Made by a program: the position numbers and the translations under genes | Assembly: GCF_009914755.1 (NCBI RefSeq) | Contig: NC_060947.1 | DNA from: the human T2T-CHM13v2.0 reference genome, Homo sapiens | Length of the DNA: 64,000 bases | Reading direction: 5' to 3' (one strand) | Part shown: positions 35,418 to 50,419 of the stretch, one piece after another | How the letters are laid out: every line of letters starts with the position of its first letter | Position numbering within the stretch: position 1 is the stretch's first letter | Notes under the pieces: model-generated | The model's input: the letters and a program-made list of their open reading frames with translations, nothing else | Told to the model about the DNA's origin: nothing | Database searches by the model: none

Positions 35418-38195
35418 TCGCATGTGAGGTTCATGATTAAGGACCAGATGACCTAATGAAATTGGACCTTCTGAACATTCTTGAACACTTGATTATTTTA
35501 ACAGAATGTGGAAACCAGTTTAATAAGAAGTTATAAAAATGGAGAGCCAGCAATGAAAGTAATCCTAGAATTAACCTGGAAGAAGAGAGGGTATGGTCAG
35601 AAAGACAAGCAACCACTCCCACAAGTATAAATGCTTGATTCAGCTTCTCTATTTTGTGTTGTCCGAGCACCTCTGGCAAGGTTCATATGCAATATTAGAA
35701 TCTCCTAGAAAGTCCCAAGTTCTGAGCTAGAAACAGAAAGCAAGCCACCCACTGCTACCTCAGTGACTTGCAGGATCAGAGATGGGGCCATTTGTCCATT
35801 TGCTACCATTTGTCCCCAAGCTCCTAACAAACTACAGGTCTTTATTTGCACAAGACCAAAACCTATTATTTCAGAACTCTCTTTAGCAAACCTCTGGCAG
35901 CCCTTGTCACTACCTCCCAATTGCTATTCCAGATAAAAAGGGAAGAGCAAGCACAGAATCCACCTCGTAGCAGGATTGTTCTTCTATTTTCTTCTAGGAG
36001 TTTCACCCTCAATATCTCACAATAAGTTTCTTTCCTCGTAACTCCCCCATCTCTCACCCCCATTTAAATCTGGGAGGGGATGGGGGGAAGGAGTGAATCA
36101 GAGGAAGATAACTCCATTCGGACAGATGGACAAGGGACAGTATACACTATGAGGGCTCAATCCATCTGTGGAAAAGGAAATCCAGCTGTTGGCCAGGCCT
36201 GCCCCATTTATGTCTGCTCTCGGTACACTGACATTTTCTGTGTTCAAAGGAAACAGCACCTGAATTACTTAAAGGCCCGGGCACTATTTTAAAATAATGC
36301 TTGGAGTAATCTGATGTCTAAAGTGGCTTTCTGCCAAAAGGATCTTTTGTCACACTGCTACATTCAAGACCGCTTATTTTAAATGGGCATTTGAAAAATG
36401 GTCCATTGCTGTAATTTGGCAATGTGCCTGGAAAAGGCTGAATTTGAGATTGGGCATTTTAAACAAAATCTCTAAAATACAAGTTACAGTCACTTTCCCT
36501 AATGAGGTCGTCTGATCCTGTTGCTTAGCGCTTTCCTTAAACATGCCTGAGGGCCCCTCTGTGTGGGCCTGGAGACATCCCCAATTCCAGTGCAAAGGAA
36601 GACATGGCACAATTGCACTGTGTCTCCTCAGCTGACCTCACTAGCCTGACCCAAACGCTAAATTCCATCTCATGGGGTCTAGAATAGTGAAGTTGACATC
36701 ACTGAAAATTCTATTTGTTTAAGGAAAGAAAGATGAGGCCAAACCCCTCAAAATGGTATTGTTTAGGTTTGAAACACACCACAATTAGATGAATTAAAAT
36801 TCAAGTTTGTCACTTTCCCAAATCTGCATGTGGAAGTCACTACAGTCTATGCCTCTGGCCCGGAATGACCAAAACCAAACTAGAGAAGTAAATTGTTTTC
36901 TATTATATTCTCCTTAGGCTATAAATTCTCTGGGCAGAGAGGGAAGAAGGAAATATTAGTGCTGTGTGGTCTTGGCATGCCATCATGTCAATGTGTCATT
37001 GGAATACTAATGTAAATGATGTTCAAATCGCCCCTGTAATAGACCCATAATTAGCTTGCTCCATTCCTATGCTGTGTTTAAGCTCTTCAGAATTGCTCAG
37101 ATCTGAGGTTTTACTATAGAACAAGACACCAGTATTCAGAGACGCTGACAAATTCCAATATCCCTCTTTTCCCTGTGTCCCTTTCCTTCTCCTGTATTTA
37201 GTTTTCAGTCTCCTTTCCACATGCCTCTCAAAGAACGCCAGGTAGAAGTCAGTCGATGTAGCCATAAAAAGAAAAAAACTAAACTAAAGAAAAGTTTGCC
37301 TGCCATCGCTCAATGCTTGTTAGAGTAAAACTACAATGGTATACAGTACATTTTTTTTTAAGCTAAGGGGTTATATGGGTCAGCTTACACACTGGCTTGC
37401 AAATCAGTTTTCTCAAAATGAGTTGGGCCAGACAAGAATGTTAATTTATTTGAGCAGACCTATGTCACTATTGATCATAAACAAAGGTGCTGGTGTGGTG
37501 CATCATGCCAGCACACACCAACACGGAGAAAGGTCTGCTCCCGACAAACAACCAGGTGAATACATTCACCATGATAGGTCCCAACCTCCCTGGAATCACG
37601 TCTCTTTCATCAGCACATTTGGGTTGATGGTATCGTCATACCCCACCCCCTAAAAATGTTATATGCTCCTTATTCATTAAATTAAAACAAAAGTTTATTT
37701 TGTCCTAAGAATGCCATGGCATTACTGGAGACAGTGCTGATATTGACAATCTGGGTTGAGTATCATGGTTAACGTGATGTCAGAAGACCAGTTTTATAAT
37801 GATGACTAAATAACAGTAACAAGAACAATGATGACAATAGTAACAAGAACTAATATCAGCATAGCACATTCGTTTGGACCAGGCACTATTTCAAGTGCCC
37901 CTCACATTTTATTAATTAATTACATTATTATTTAATTATTATGATTATTTCCACTTCATAGGTGAGAAAACTGAGGCTCAGGGAGCAGAAACAACTTCCT
38001 CAAAGCCACACAACAAGTAAGTGGTGCAGAGCTGGAATTCAAAATGAGCTCTGAAGCATTCCTCTCTAATGCCTGATATGGGAGACTAGACCTTGTCCTT
38101 GGAGAAGGAAAGAGGAAGGCAGTTTCAAGTGGCATATTCACTGTTACTGAAATTTCACATAACAAAAAGGGGGTAGAAAATTTTTATTTTTATTA

Positions 38196-38386
38196 TTATT
38201 ATTATTTTGAGATGGAGTTTCGCTCTTCTTGCCCAGGCTGGAGTGCAATGGTGCAATCTCGGCTCACTGCAACCTCCACCTCCTGAGTTTGAGATTCTCC
38301 TGCCTCAGCCTCCCACTGGGATTACAGGCGCCTGCCACCACGCCCAGCTAATTATTGCATTTTTAGTAGAGATGGGGTTTCACCAT
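38196..38386 (-). mobile_element. 5'-truncated AluS with (TTA)n tail and perfect 20-bp TSD
   Basis: TSD gaaaatttttatttttatta at 38176-38195 and 38387-38406. Confidence 0.9.
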
Positions 38387-39744
38387 GAAAATTTTTATTT
38401 TTATTAAAAGAGTGCATGAGTTAGTCATGAAGGCAGAGCCCAGGCGGCCTGCATACCAAATGTGAAGAACAGTACCAATTGACAAAGAAGCACAAAACTA
38501 GACAAAGAAAAGGACTCAATAAATAAGTAATTGAACTAACTGAAAATTGAGAGGGAAATGCAAATAAAATGGGAGCACTATGTAGAAGGCAGTCCCCTTT
38601 TAAGGAAAAAGAAGAAAGAAAAGCATTTTAGGATGAACAAAATGTCTTGGAAAAGGAGCAGAACCATGTTTTAATTTGACCTAGTTCATGAAGAGTCAGC
38701 TCTTGAACACTAGTGACAGTTATTTCTCCAGGAAAAATATCAGAATGAAGGAAAAAGCCAATAAAGTGAACATAAAAGAGCAGAGTGAAGGACTTCAGCC
38801 ATGGAATATTTTCCATGTGGCAGAATAATAATGAGGTGGACCCTTCATCTTTGGGTTCTGTTTTGGGTTTCTGATACATTCTTTCAGTCCTTTATCTCTG
38901 CTTTGATGAGTAATTCAGAAAAATTTTTATGCTTTTATATGAGTATAGTGTTGTCTCAAATAAACCACCTGTCATCCTGGATAGGTCATTTTTCCTCTCT
39001 GGCCTTCAGGGAGACAGGACTACCTGAGTGTTAAGTTCCCTTCAAGCATTGTAATTCCATAATTCTGTGCTATTTCTCCATAGTTACTAGTTGGCTGATA
39101 TTACACATCAACTCCAGTAACAATATAATGTAGTATCTTACTAAGGCACTGTATAAACTCATATAGGACATGTACAAAGCACAGGACTCAAGCAAATGTA
39201 CACAGAAAATATGAAATGAGTTTCTGGTTTTATCCCGTACAATTTTGTGTAGAAACAGAGGGAGTTAATTGGCGGGAGAATGCTGGCAGACTGGCTGCTA
39301 GGAAACCTCATTAGGTCTGGATTCTGGCCCTCAGAGGTGGATTCACTTCAACCAAGCTCACAGAGGGCCATGTTTAAAATTTTAAAATGCCCAGGATTTG
39401 GAGGCTCAAAACTCAATTTGATAATGTTCCAGATTGATTGAACCCACACTATCAAACCCTCCAAAGACTGCTAGAATAAAGCTGAACACTAGTGTACCCA
39501 TTTACAATGACATATATAATATATGTAACCCATTTATAATGATACATATAATTCATGAGGTGACAGATCCTCATATAATCTCCCTACTGATAAATAACAT
39601 AGGAAGACAAAATATAATCCAAAGCTCGCTTAGTGACCATGGAAGCAATGTCAACCCAAGGTATAAGCTTTGAATATCTAATTATGGCATCATGTTAAAA
39701 TATATCTCTATAAATAGGGTATTATAAATAAAATATTATAATAA

Positions 39745-39990
39745 TAGCTAACATTTATTGAGAGATTACTGTGTGTCAGGCACCATACTGAATACATAAA
39801 TTATCTCCTTTTATTCTCACAATGGCTCTATATGGTAAGTACCATTATTAAAATTCCCATGTTATAGACAGAAACTGAGGCTCAGAAAGGTATAACCACT
39901 TGCCCAGGGTCATGAAGCTGGGGAGTGGTGGGCATGAGATATGAACTCTAATCAGTCTGGATCTGGGATCTCACTTATAACCACTTTGCT
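39745..39990 (-). mobile_element. MIR
   Basis: atagctaacatttattgag...gaaactgaggctcagaaagg...acttgcccagggtca. Confidence 0.8.
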
Positions 39991-41410
39991 GTGTTGCCTC
40001 TGTGCCTAGCCCAGAGCCCAAGAAGGCAGTTTCTTTCTTGGTAGAAGGGCACTGATCAGTGTTACTATCTTTCTCTGTGACTTTCTCCTTTTCATCTGCT
40101 TTCATGACTGACAGCCCATGGCTCCCACTCCCTGATTGACACATTCTTTCTTCTACTGTGTTAACACTGTCAGTCAGGCTACTGTCTGGCCTTTTTTCAT
40201 AGCAGCCGTTAAGTCTGTCTGTCTCTGTCTCAGTCTTGTTTTTTCTCTTTTTTTTTGAAATTAAAAAAATAAAGTTCAAAGAAGTAAAGTAATAATCACC
40301 CATATTCCCACCAACTGTTATCAACATGAGTTAACTTTTGGCAATTTGCTGCCAGCGTGTTTTTTTTTTTTTACTACATTTATACTTCACAAAATTAGAC
40401 AACAAATATGCGACTCCACTGTTCTTTTGTAATTCAGTCTCTTCAAAGTGAATTTGCATAGTTCTGTTCTCATCCATAGCTTGTTGATTTTCTAGCTTAA
40501 CTTTTAGGTAGTGATTTCATTTTCCTTATTTTCAGGGTCTTGGGGAGGCCCCTGTAAGTTGCTTCCATGTCTCAGCGATACATTCAAAGATATGTTGAGA
40601 TTGATATGAACAGACAGGCAGATAGCCTGGCCATCTTACTAACATTAGGGCCCAAGATCATGCACTCTGTCTAGGCTGTCTAACTGCTCTAATTGTCACA
40701 AAAATCTATTTCAGTATAAGATTGTAAAAATTGGTATCGTGCCGGGGTCAGTAATTACATGGTCTTTCCCCAACACAGCAAAAGGATGTGTATATTGACA
40801 AGGAAATTACAGGATTGGACATAAACAATTCACTACACGAGGGGCTTTGGCAGAATTGAGAGCATCACTTTGAAAAAGAGATACCTTGGGAACAAAAATG
40901 TAACCCATGAAGAAGACACCTCTGGCCATCTCTGAGAATCATAAGCATAATTCATGATATCTAATAATTACAACATTAAGTCTATATTTATTTCAAAATA
41001 AAAAATTAAAAGGGGCATGGGTTTAAAGAAAGGTGCATACCCAAAACTATTTTAAAAAGTTATCAGTGGAAAAGGTAAGACTGCAAAGTTAATGGAAAAT
41101 AAAAAGCCTCCCAGAAAGGAAAAACTGTGGTGTGCATAGCAAATATCAACACGTGAGCACAGTGAACAATGGTCAAACACACCCTTTCTATCAAATCAAA
41201 GAAGCCTTTTCCAGTCTGTGACATATTAAACTTCTAGGGTTGTAATTATGGAGTTATTTTTATAGTTTATCTATTCTAAATATATCTTTCTAATAATATA
41301 TATAGCAGAAAACTGAGGAGATATTGTTAACCAAATTCATTGCTATTTCTGATCAAAACACATTCTCAAAGAATCTCGTTACACAGATTATAGGGTATCA
41401 ATCAAATGAC

Positions 41411-41428
41411 TGGCGCCCCCTCCTGGCC
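41411..41428 (-). promoter_or_regulatory. Candidate CTCF site
   Basis: Minus strand GGCCAGGAGGGGGCGCCA, close to CCASYAGRKGGCRS; several CpGs retained nearby. Confidence 0.6.
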
Positions 41429-41994
41429 TTCCCAAGAATGACAAAACAATCCCCATGTCTCAGCCCTTCGCAGACCCCTTTTCCAGCACTACTTGGTCTG
41501 TCTCGTCTACGCATAGATCCACAGTGAGGCCTGCTGCTAGTATTCGAGATCGCTAAACTGTGATGCCCATATTTTTACTCACTTTCAACTGGAGTGGCAA
41601 AATGTACCTACCTATACAGGTCATGACTGTATGTGGAAAATCAAGTGAAGAGCCTCTCCATTAAATGCAGCCACTGATGCCAAGATCCTTCACTATTGTT
41701 TATTATTCATTGTTATCAATTTTCTGAGTCATTTGAGCTGGACATCTCAGGCTCCTTGAGATCCACCTCCATCTTCCTGTCTTTGTTCACACTGGCTATT
41801 ATTCCTTTCCAGTCACAGCCATTTCCCATAGCCCTGACAGTGATAATCCAGAGGTCAGAAGAATACTAGGTCAGGTGCATCCCCAATACCTTATGACCTA
41901 AGAGACACTTCTGTTCCAATCACAGTCCACGAACTTTGCTCTCATTCTCTTACAGCAATGAGTATACTCAAAAATTAGTACAGCAAGGAAGTAG

Positions 41995-42441
<447 letters not shown>

Positions 42442-42799
42442 TAGGCTTCTGTTCCTATTTATGCCTGCTTATCTTCCCTGGACCTCTGGAGCCCAAATTC
42501 TTGATGTGAAATTATGACTTCATGGTGCCCACCTCCTTTTCTCAAGTTAGAAGTCTGACCTCTGACTCCAGCACACTTGCTGGACCCACAACCTTGCCAA
42601 CATCTTCTAGTAGTGCCTGATACCCCAAATTCTGGTTTCAGAATACAAAAGCCCATCATGAAACTATTAATATACATTTCCTCTTATCTCAGTTCTGTTT
42701 ATTTTCATCTATTGTTTAGATTAGGAATCTTTGATACTAGAATTACATATGTTGAAATCTGAAAGGCCTTAGAAGTAATCTAAGTCAATGACTTCTAAC

Positions 42800-42977
42800 T
42801 ATTGTTGGTCTGCAAACCTGTTATGTCAGAATCTCCTGGGGTGCTTGTTAAATATACAGATTCTTAGGCCCTACCATAGAACTGTCAATTCAGAGTTTCT
42901 AGGCATTGGTCACAAGAATCTTTATTTTAACAAGCTCCCCAGGCAAATCTGATGCAGAGCCAAGTCTGGGCACTCTG
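42800..42977. mobile_element. MER5A-like DNA transposon inside a MIR
   Basis: tcagaatctcctggggtgcttgttaaa...agattct..ggccc...ttttaacaagctccccagg...tctgatgca. Confidence 0.75.
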
Positions 42978-44479
42978 ATGATCAAAGCTCGTCAATTCAC
43001 AGATGAGGAAACTGACGAGGCAGGAACTAAAACCCAAGCCTCATGAGCCCCGGTCTTTTGTTCTTTCCATCATCCAACTTTCTCTCCTCCTGGAAGAAAT
43101 ATGTTAGAACTGCCTTGAATAAGAACAAGTTATAAAGTCAATTAGCAATAAAACCTTGTTTTGTAAAGAACACAATGACCTATCTGTTGAACTTGCTCAA
43201 ACCCCTGCTTTAAAAAGGGTTGCACACTACTAAAGACAGTCATCTTGTGGTGACACACATTAGCTACTGAAGATTTATTATTTCCCCCCCAAAAATTACA
43301 TGGGTCAAAAGCAGGAGAGACTTGAACATTTCAGCAATGCATTGGAGCTTGAGAGAATTATATTGGGATGGTTACTCGAGCTATCTGAACTGCTTGTTAC
43401 CCTTTCTTTATGAAGACTGTAGAAGGCAAACCAAAAACTCAAAAGCAGAATGGAAAAGAAGCAATAAAAGAGAAAGAACCTGGCCCCTCAGACAGCCCCC
43501 TTCTTTGGTTGTTTATAGTTGAGTTGTTACTTACATGTAACCATCAGAATAGATTCTTACAAAGAATTTTTTCCATTATAGATAAATATTTTGGAAACAA
43601 AATTAGTAATGGACCCACTGAGCAACTGATACGAATTGAAACAGCAATGTGATTATTAGACATTATAAACAACTGAGAATTTGAGATAGTTTTCAAGTAC
43701 TGTTATGTCTGGCCAAGATGAACATAAAGTCTATTATAGCATTATCATGATCTCCCTCTTGGCAAAAATGTAAAAGGTCACTTCAGATTTAGTTAAACAT
43801 GATAGCCAAAGACATGCAAGAGACACTCAACTGGGAATATCAGGTTGTCTTCTTGACCTGGGACTGCCTGGATGACTCTGAGAGCTTGGTTTGAATATAA
43901 TAACAGTACAGGGCCCGTGGCTGATTCTTCCCTTCAAATACCAAGACATTTGGGGTTATGTTGCTACCCCAACCAGAGTTGAAGGACATGAAACACTTTA
44001 GATTATCGCACAACACTTGAAAAATTTACATATTTTCTGCCTTTAGTGTTTTTTTACCCTCTAAAAATATGGTCTGCAATTTTGAGAAAGTATTATCAAA
44101 GGAAATCACAAGGACTTTATTAACATCATCTCATTAATCTTCAAAAGGTAGCTGTAAAGCAATAGAAAATTTTACTGATGAGGAAACAATTACTAAGGAG
44201 GCTAAGTGACTTGCTTGAAGTTATTAAGTTAATTCCTGGCTCAGTTAACATTTGACACCATTGACACTTTCCTTCCTAAATTGCTTTCCCTTGACCCCCA
44301 TGACGCTAAACTATTCTCACTCTTTTCCTCTTCTTATGAATTTAAGCTTCTTTACAGAAGAATGAATCTAACATTAAATCCAATCATTTGCATCACTGCA
44401 AATTGTCTTTAACAAGGTATTTATATGTGGGTAGCTATGCTTATGTACTTTTTATGTTCTTTTTCCTGTACAGAGACAG

Positions 44480-44745
44480 TTATAATACAGTAGTTAAGAA
44501 CATGAACTCTGGAACCAGAACACAACCTTTCCAATCCTGGTTCCTCCACATGCTAGTTGTGTGACCTTGGGCCAGTCACTTAACCTTCCTGTACTTTGGG
44601 TTCTCTACCTGTAAAATCGGGATAATAATTGTACCTGCCCTAAGAGGGCTGTTGTCAGGGTTACATGATAAAATATATACAAAATGATTAGAACACTGTC
44701 TGGCATATAATAAGCTCATTCAGTGTTCATTGTTATTAATAGCAT
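44480..44745 (+). mobile_element. MIR (near full length)
   Basis: gttaagaacatgaactctgga...tgtgaccttgggc.agtcacttaacct...ctgtaaaatcgggataataat. Confidence 0.8.
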
Positions 44746-47700
44746 TATTTCATACCCACATTTTCATGTAGCTATGAGATGTTCATTCCATTGTGTTAAT
44801 ATATAACACCTTGCTTAGCCAATTTTATCTTGCATGGGTTTAGATGATTCATAGGAGTTTGGAAAATCACTGAAATTAAAAAAAAAACAGAAGGTGGGTC
44901 ATATCCATCATTTTTGTTATTTAAAGTTTTTCTCCCCTCTCCTACCACATCCTGGTCCTGACTATCCCCACCCCCAAGCCATTGCTACAATCCTTGCCCA
45001 GGCACTCACCACCTCATAATTTTTTTAAATGGGGCCCAAATAGGAGCATGGTGAACTAATAAAGTCCCCACCAAGGTGGAGTAATGTGGCGTTAGATCAC
45101 AAAACACCTAGAAGTATCTTGCACATGGCACCTTTCTATAAATGCCATATGGATGGATGAAATGAAATGGTTATGGGGTCCATATGGAAGCAGAGGCTGA
45201 AAGTAGGCTGGGGCGAGGCTGGGAAATGACCTAGACGCCATGCTAGGAGGTTTAGGTTTGATCTTGTAAGCTATGAAGAGTCACAAAATTTTTTTGTTCT
45301 TATAAACGTGGGATTAGAGAGAAAGCTATTTGGAAGCTAGAAAAAATGGTTATAGCTTCCTAATCATTCAATATTACAGCTCGTTTCTCTTTAATCTTAA
45401 GGAATATTTTTAAGTTATATTAAATTTTGAAATTTTCCCTGCCAAAACTATTTCAGAGTATCCCTTTTCTTCCTTGTGCCTCTCACAAACAGGCTTCTTT
45501 AAAGGTATAATATTTTCTTTTATACTTTGTTTTAATAACAGATTTTAGTTTTCTAGAGGGCCTAGCCATTCCTCATTTTAAATGTTTTCCTGTCTTATAA
45601 CATTTAAAAGAAACGATTTGTGTCCCAGATTACCCTGACTCGAAGGTAATGACTGGTGGCCTGGGAAGCCTGGACCTGAGCTAATTGTGAGTTCCAGCTG
45701 GTCAGTTTCATGATAATTACCCAGCTCTGAAAGTAATTCATGGGAACATATAATTACCTATCAACCTGCTTTCACAGAGCCGGACCTGCAGTCTCAGTGA
45801 CAGCCACCCTTCAGAAATGTGGTGCCTAGCTTAGGAATGAAGCAGGCTCTATTGCTAGTAGTGTAAAAGGAGATCAATGGGCAACATCACCTCCTCCATC
45901 AAACCCTGTACAGTCTGCTTGGGATGCTGTTATCCCAAAGGGAAAGAGAACGATGATCTTGAGTGCCTCAATAAAAACTTGCAAATAGGAGGCGCCAAAG
46001 GATTTCTGTTTAGTATCATTATAGTCTAGTCAGAGTGAATAGCAACTCATCAGAGACCTTTCTCCATGATGGCTTATTCCAAATATTTACTTTATTTTTC
46101 TCATATCCCAAGCCCTGTGGAACTGCACTGCTTTCACTAACTTATTGAAAATTATTTCAGAAATGATGTTCTCAGTATGTAGGATATTGTATTTCCTCCC
46201 CCATTACACCCTTGCATCTTGTTTCTTTTTAATTCTGTATTTCTTTCATTATTTTTCTCTCTGAATCGATCCTCTGTATCTACAAAGGTAGCTCTATATT
46301 TTCTTTCCCAACTGCCTCACTGATGAAGAGTTCTCTGGCAACACAGGCTAGAAGGAAATCTCAGTCTCATTTCCTTCACTTCAAAAGTAAATCCACTTGT
46401 CTGCCTCATCCACAAAAATGTAATGGGAGTGTTTTTCTGCCACATTAGTCAATGCTGAGGCAGGAAGAGTGAGAGACCAGGCCATATGGTGACTGTCACA
46501 GCTGGCAGGCTACACAGCCAGGATAACAGAGGCTAGAGCTGAGCCAGGTGTCGGGGCTCAAAATGCAGCAACTGGGGACTCTATGGAATGACTTTAAGGC
46601 CAGTCTGTCAGGAGACCAATAAAGCACTTTTTCTACAAACTGAGAAAACAACTTGCAACACTATCTTCATGGATTGACTTCCCTTTGCAAAGGTGAACTC
46701 CAGATAGTTTGGCAGAAGGGGTACATTAGAGCAGACTTCTTTTTCTGAAAGCCTTGAACAAGGCTGATGAAGCAGAAACTAGGTGTAAGCATGCCTAGTG
46801 GGAAGGTGGGGAAGAGGCAAATTGGAAGTCAGGGAACTGCACAAAGCCTGCAGTTGCAATGGCCAAAGCTACCCTTTAGTCTCCACTCCTACCCTTCCTT
46901 GTTTAGCCTCAACTCCTGTGTTCAGTGAGTGCCCGCTCTGTGCCAGACATGGTACTAAGGGTGCCAGGAACCTGAAAGAGAATTGGGCATGATTCCTTTC
47001 CTGAAGAAATTTACTGTCTGGTGTGAAATCCAATCTCTCTTATGCCCTCAACAGCTTATTTTGGGTTCCTGGGGCTTTAATCTTCCCAGCACTTCTGAGG
47101 ACAGAAATTCATAACTTCTTTTGGATTGGAAGCACTGCCATTTGCAAAGACCTCTACAAATCATGCAGACCACAGTGACTCATCAGAGAGCCCATTCCCA
47201 AACTAGCAATTGCTCTGAGAAGTAACAGCTCTGAATGCTACCAGAGGGAATCTACTTATTGAAGATCCCAGGCATTCCCTTCCATCTCCTCTGTGGGAGA
47301 CAGAGTGCTAACCCTAAACCCCTGGCCCAGCACCAAAGCAACATCATTTGTGACTACCCTGCAAACTCACATTCTCTGCTGAGGACTGAGACCTTCACCG
47401 TAATTATTACCAGTTGCTAAATTTCATCTCTACAGAAAGCGTAATAGAAAGGTGACTATCTGAGAAGCACTTCTTAGAGTAATCAAGCCTGAAACTCTGT
47501 GATAGAAATGTAAATCTGAGGTTAGCATTTACGGAACACAAGGAAAAGACAAGGCCAACAGAGCAAGTCAGTTACCTCTGGAAGCACTCAGCACTCCACC
47601 TGTTTTAACTCAAAGAAGCACTCACCTCTCAGTGTGTCTCTTCACATTTCCTATTCTATATTTCCATCCCCTTTCTGTCCTTTTTCCCTTCCTCTTGTTC

Positions 47701-49829
47701 TTTTCATTTTTCCCATGTCCCTTTCCTTCTCTGTTCCTAGCACCTTACTATAAAACAGAAGTCAGAACCAGACTCAGAGCAGTCTCTTTATATATGGCTG
47801 CCTGATGAAGTGTGTATGTCCATTTCAACTTCAAATACAAATGAATTTTGGATCACCCATTCTATCAGATTACCTATGTCTCTACTCCTCTCCACTAGCA
47901 TTGACAAACAAGAGATGACCATAGAGAGACTGGATGCTTATCATATAAATGTCTGTGCCTAGTTCCCATGGTTACAGATAGAGATCTGCCACAAGAATAG
48001 GTATTACATCTATGCAAACAGACTGCCAAAGCTTTTGACTCAGGCAGCAAGAAGACAGGTTAGCAGGGGCCAATTCTGAGAGCTCATTAGGCCAGCAGAG
48101 TTGGGTAGATGTCAAGGGGTCAGTAGGCAGGGGGTGGACAGAGAGGGATGTGTGATCACAACAGATATCAGGCCAAAAAAGATGTCCAAGGTTCAGGTGT
48201 CCTAGGACTCAGCTTGGTCAGGAGAGCCCAAGCAGATCAGGCCAAACAGAGAGCTAGGGATCCAAGGTCTGGAGGTGCTGGAACCACAGCAACCCAAAGT
48301 ACTACCTCCCCATCCCTGATCTGAACTTCCGGGCAGAATTTCTAGGAGTTATTTAACAGCCGCTACCAGTCACAACATAGGTTGCATTTCAGGAGGTGTC
48401 AAGCAATTCTAGACCACTGTGTAGTTTGCAAAGCTTTTTGAGGTTCTTTAAGATGAGATGGAAAGTGTGTTTTACAGGGCCTAGAAAGATGGGCCTGTAT
48501 ATCTCAGGTATCCTCGGGCAAATGACCTTGCTTTCATGTTCCTATTAGCCAAGTTAAACAAAGTAGGTGACAGGACACTTGATGTTGACGCACATGATTG
48601 CCTTGCTTCTCCTTTCACTTCTCCATGTTGGCCTGCAGCTGAGCAAGAAGGCTTTTGAACAGGAAGACACTTTTTGCTTTCCCCCTAGCTAGCAAAAGCC
48701 CCTTTGGGCTGAGAGGTGATGTTATCATTCTCCAGCATGCCCTAGAGTGGGACAAATGTCTGAAGAGGGCTTCCAGGAGGAGGTGCTGACCAGTGGGACT
48801 TCTTTATTTTCCTTTCTTTCATTCTGACACATTCTTCAGAGTCAAATGCAAAGAGATACTATTTTCAGAGGAGCCATACCATTGCTCTCCCTCATTACCA
48901 TGAAAAAATCAAGAGCTGAATGCAAGCTATTGCATTTGAATCCTTGGAAAACAAAACTAAGTTTTATAAATACCTTCTGGCCATTGTTTTAAAAGGAGAA
49001 AACCTGATGTTGATTTGTATGACACTTATCCATATTCGAGTTTTGGGGACACATTAAGCAGTATCTCAAGTCAGACCAGATTGGATTCATTAATGAAACT
49101 GGACCGCCTCTCTAAACATCAGAGCAACTCTTTAGTAACGAGAAACCTTACTTCCTCCACTTAGTTGAGCTGGAAAATTAATGTAGTGTGCTTCTAAAGA
49201 AACACATAATGAACATGATGAATTTTCATCATCTTGCTGGAAAGTGATTCTTTATGTTCTTATTCCAAATTTACAGCAAGTAAATTTAACGTTCCAAAGC
49301 TGCTGCGCCTTTTTAAGACCTCACTATCAATTTGTGGGGCGCTTTAAATGATTCTGACCTGGAATTTATTAGTGCTTTCTGAAAAACGCACGTGTAGCAA
49401 ATTGCTGCACTTCAAGATAAATCAAGTTATTTGCAGAAGTTACACTTTAACTATTCACATTTCTCCTAAAGGGGAAAAACCCCAGCCTTTACCTGAGTAT
49501 CATGCAGAGAGGCAGAAACCCAAACTGGGTCTCCTACTTTCCTAGGAAATTTGTAATCAGGGAATTGAAAATCCCCTCTGGAATCTAGGAGCCCATACTG
49601 ACCAGCTCCTCGGCAGAGCTGATTTCAAAGTTACCACTGTTCTTAAGTCAAAGGTCACAGGCCACTAATGGCATCCCCCTAAATGGCACTGTGAACCCCC
49701 AAGGACATGGACGCTTTAAACAGACATTCCATTTCTAGGACCGCTCCCCTTTAACAGCAGACTGTTTGTAACACAGAGAATGTAAGGAAATTGTTATTGT
49801 TAGAAAAGAAGAGGGGCATGATCCCTCAT

Positions 49830-50080
49830 TTCTTTAAAAACTGACATATAATTGGCATATCATAAAATTCACTCCTTCAAAGTGTACAATTCATTGGTTT
49901 TGACATATTCACAAAGATGTGCAACCATCACCACCATCTGATTCCAGAACATTTTCATCACTTCCAAAAGAAGGCCTGTGTACAGTAACAGTCACTCTCC
50001 ATTTCCTCTCTTTCCTCCCCGCCGGCCCTAGGCAACCACTACTCTACTTTCTTTCTCTATGGATTTGCCTATTCTGGACA
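49830..50080 (-). mobile_element. L1MB-like 3' end (the only L1 noticed in GPC3 sense orientation)
   Basis: aaagtgtacaattca...tgtgcaaccatcaccac...ggcaaccact...atggatttgcctattctggaca. Confidence 0.8.
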
Positions 50081-50419
50081 GTCACTTCTTTTTGCATAGG
50101 GTTTTGTTTTTTATTTATTTGTGTGTGTGTTTTTTACCCCCTGCAGGAAACAGATCAGTGGAAATGCTGAGGTGGTCCCACTTAAAATTCAGGTCTTTGA
50201 ATAAACCAGGATGGGAACTTTCTTGGAAGAAACTTCCTTAGGGGGCTTTACTTGTGGATGTATATAGCTGCTGACAGATAGCACTGCTTGAGCACAGACT
50301 TTTACCCCAGGTCTGATTCTCTCTTTCTCTTTTGGTTGGGGAAGTGGGGGGTCTTCTTTGCTGTTTGTCAGAAGCAGGGCAGATCTGAGTATCTCAAAGC
50401 CAGTTCCAGCCTGTTTGTG

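Noticed and set aside
39345-39680. A/C-rich stretch superficially like a mitochondrial insertion (NUMT)
   Set aside because: No recognisable mitochondrial gene, tRNA or peptide match by eye.
47900-48330. Purine-rich segment that might be an ancient LTR
   Set aside because: No termini, TSD or family could be assigned without a Dfam search.
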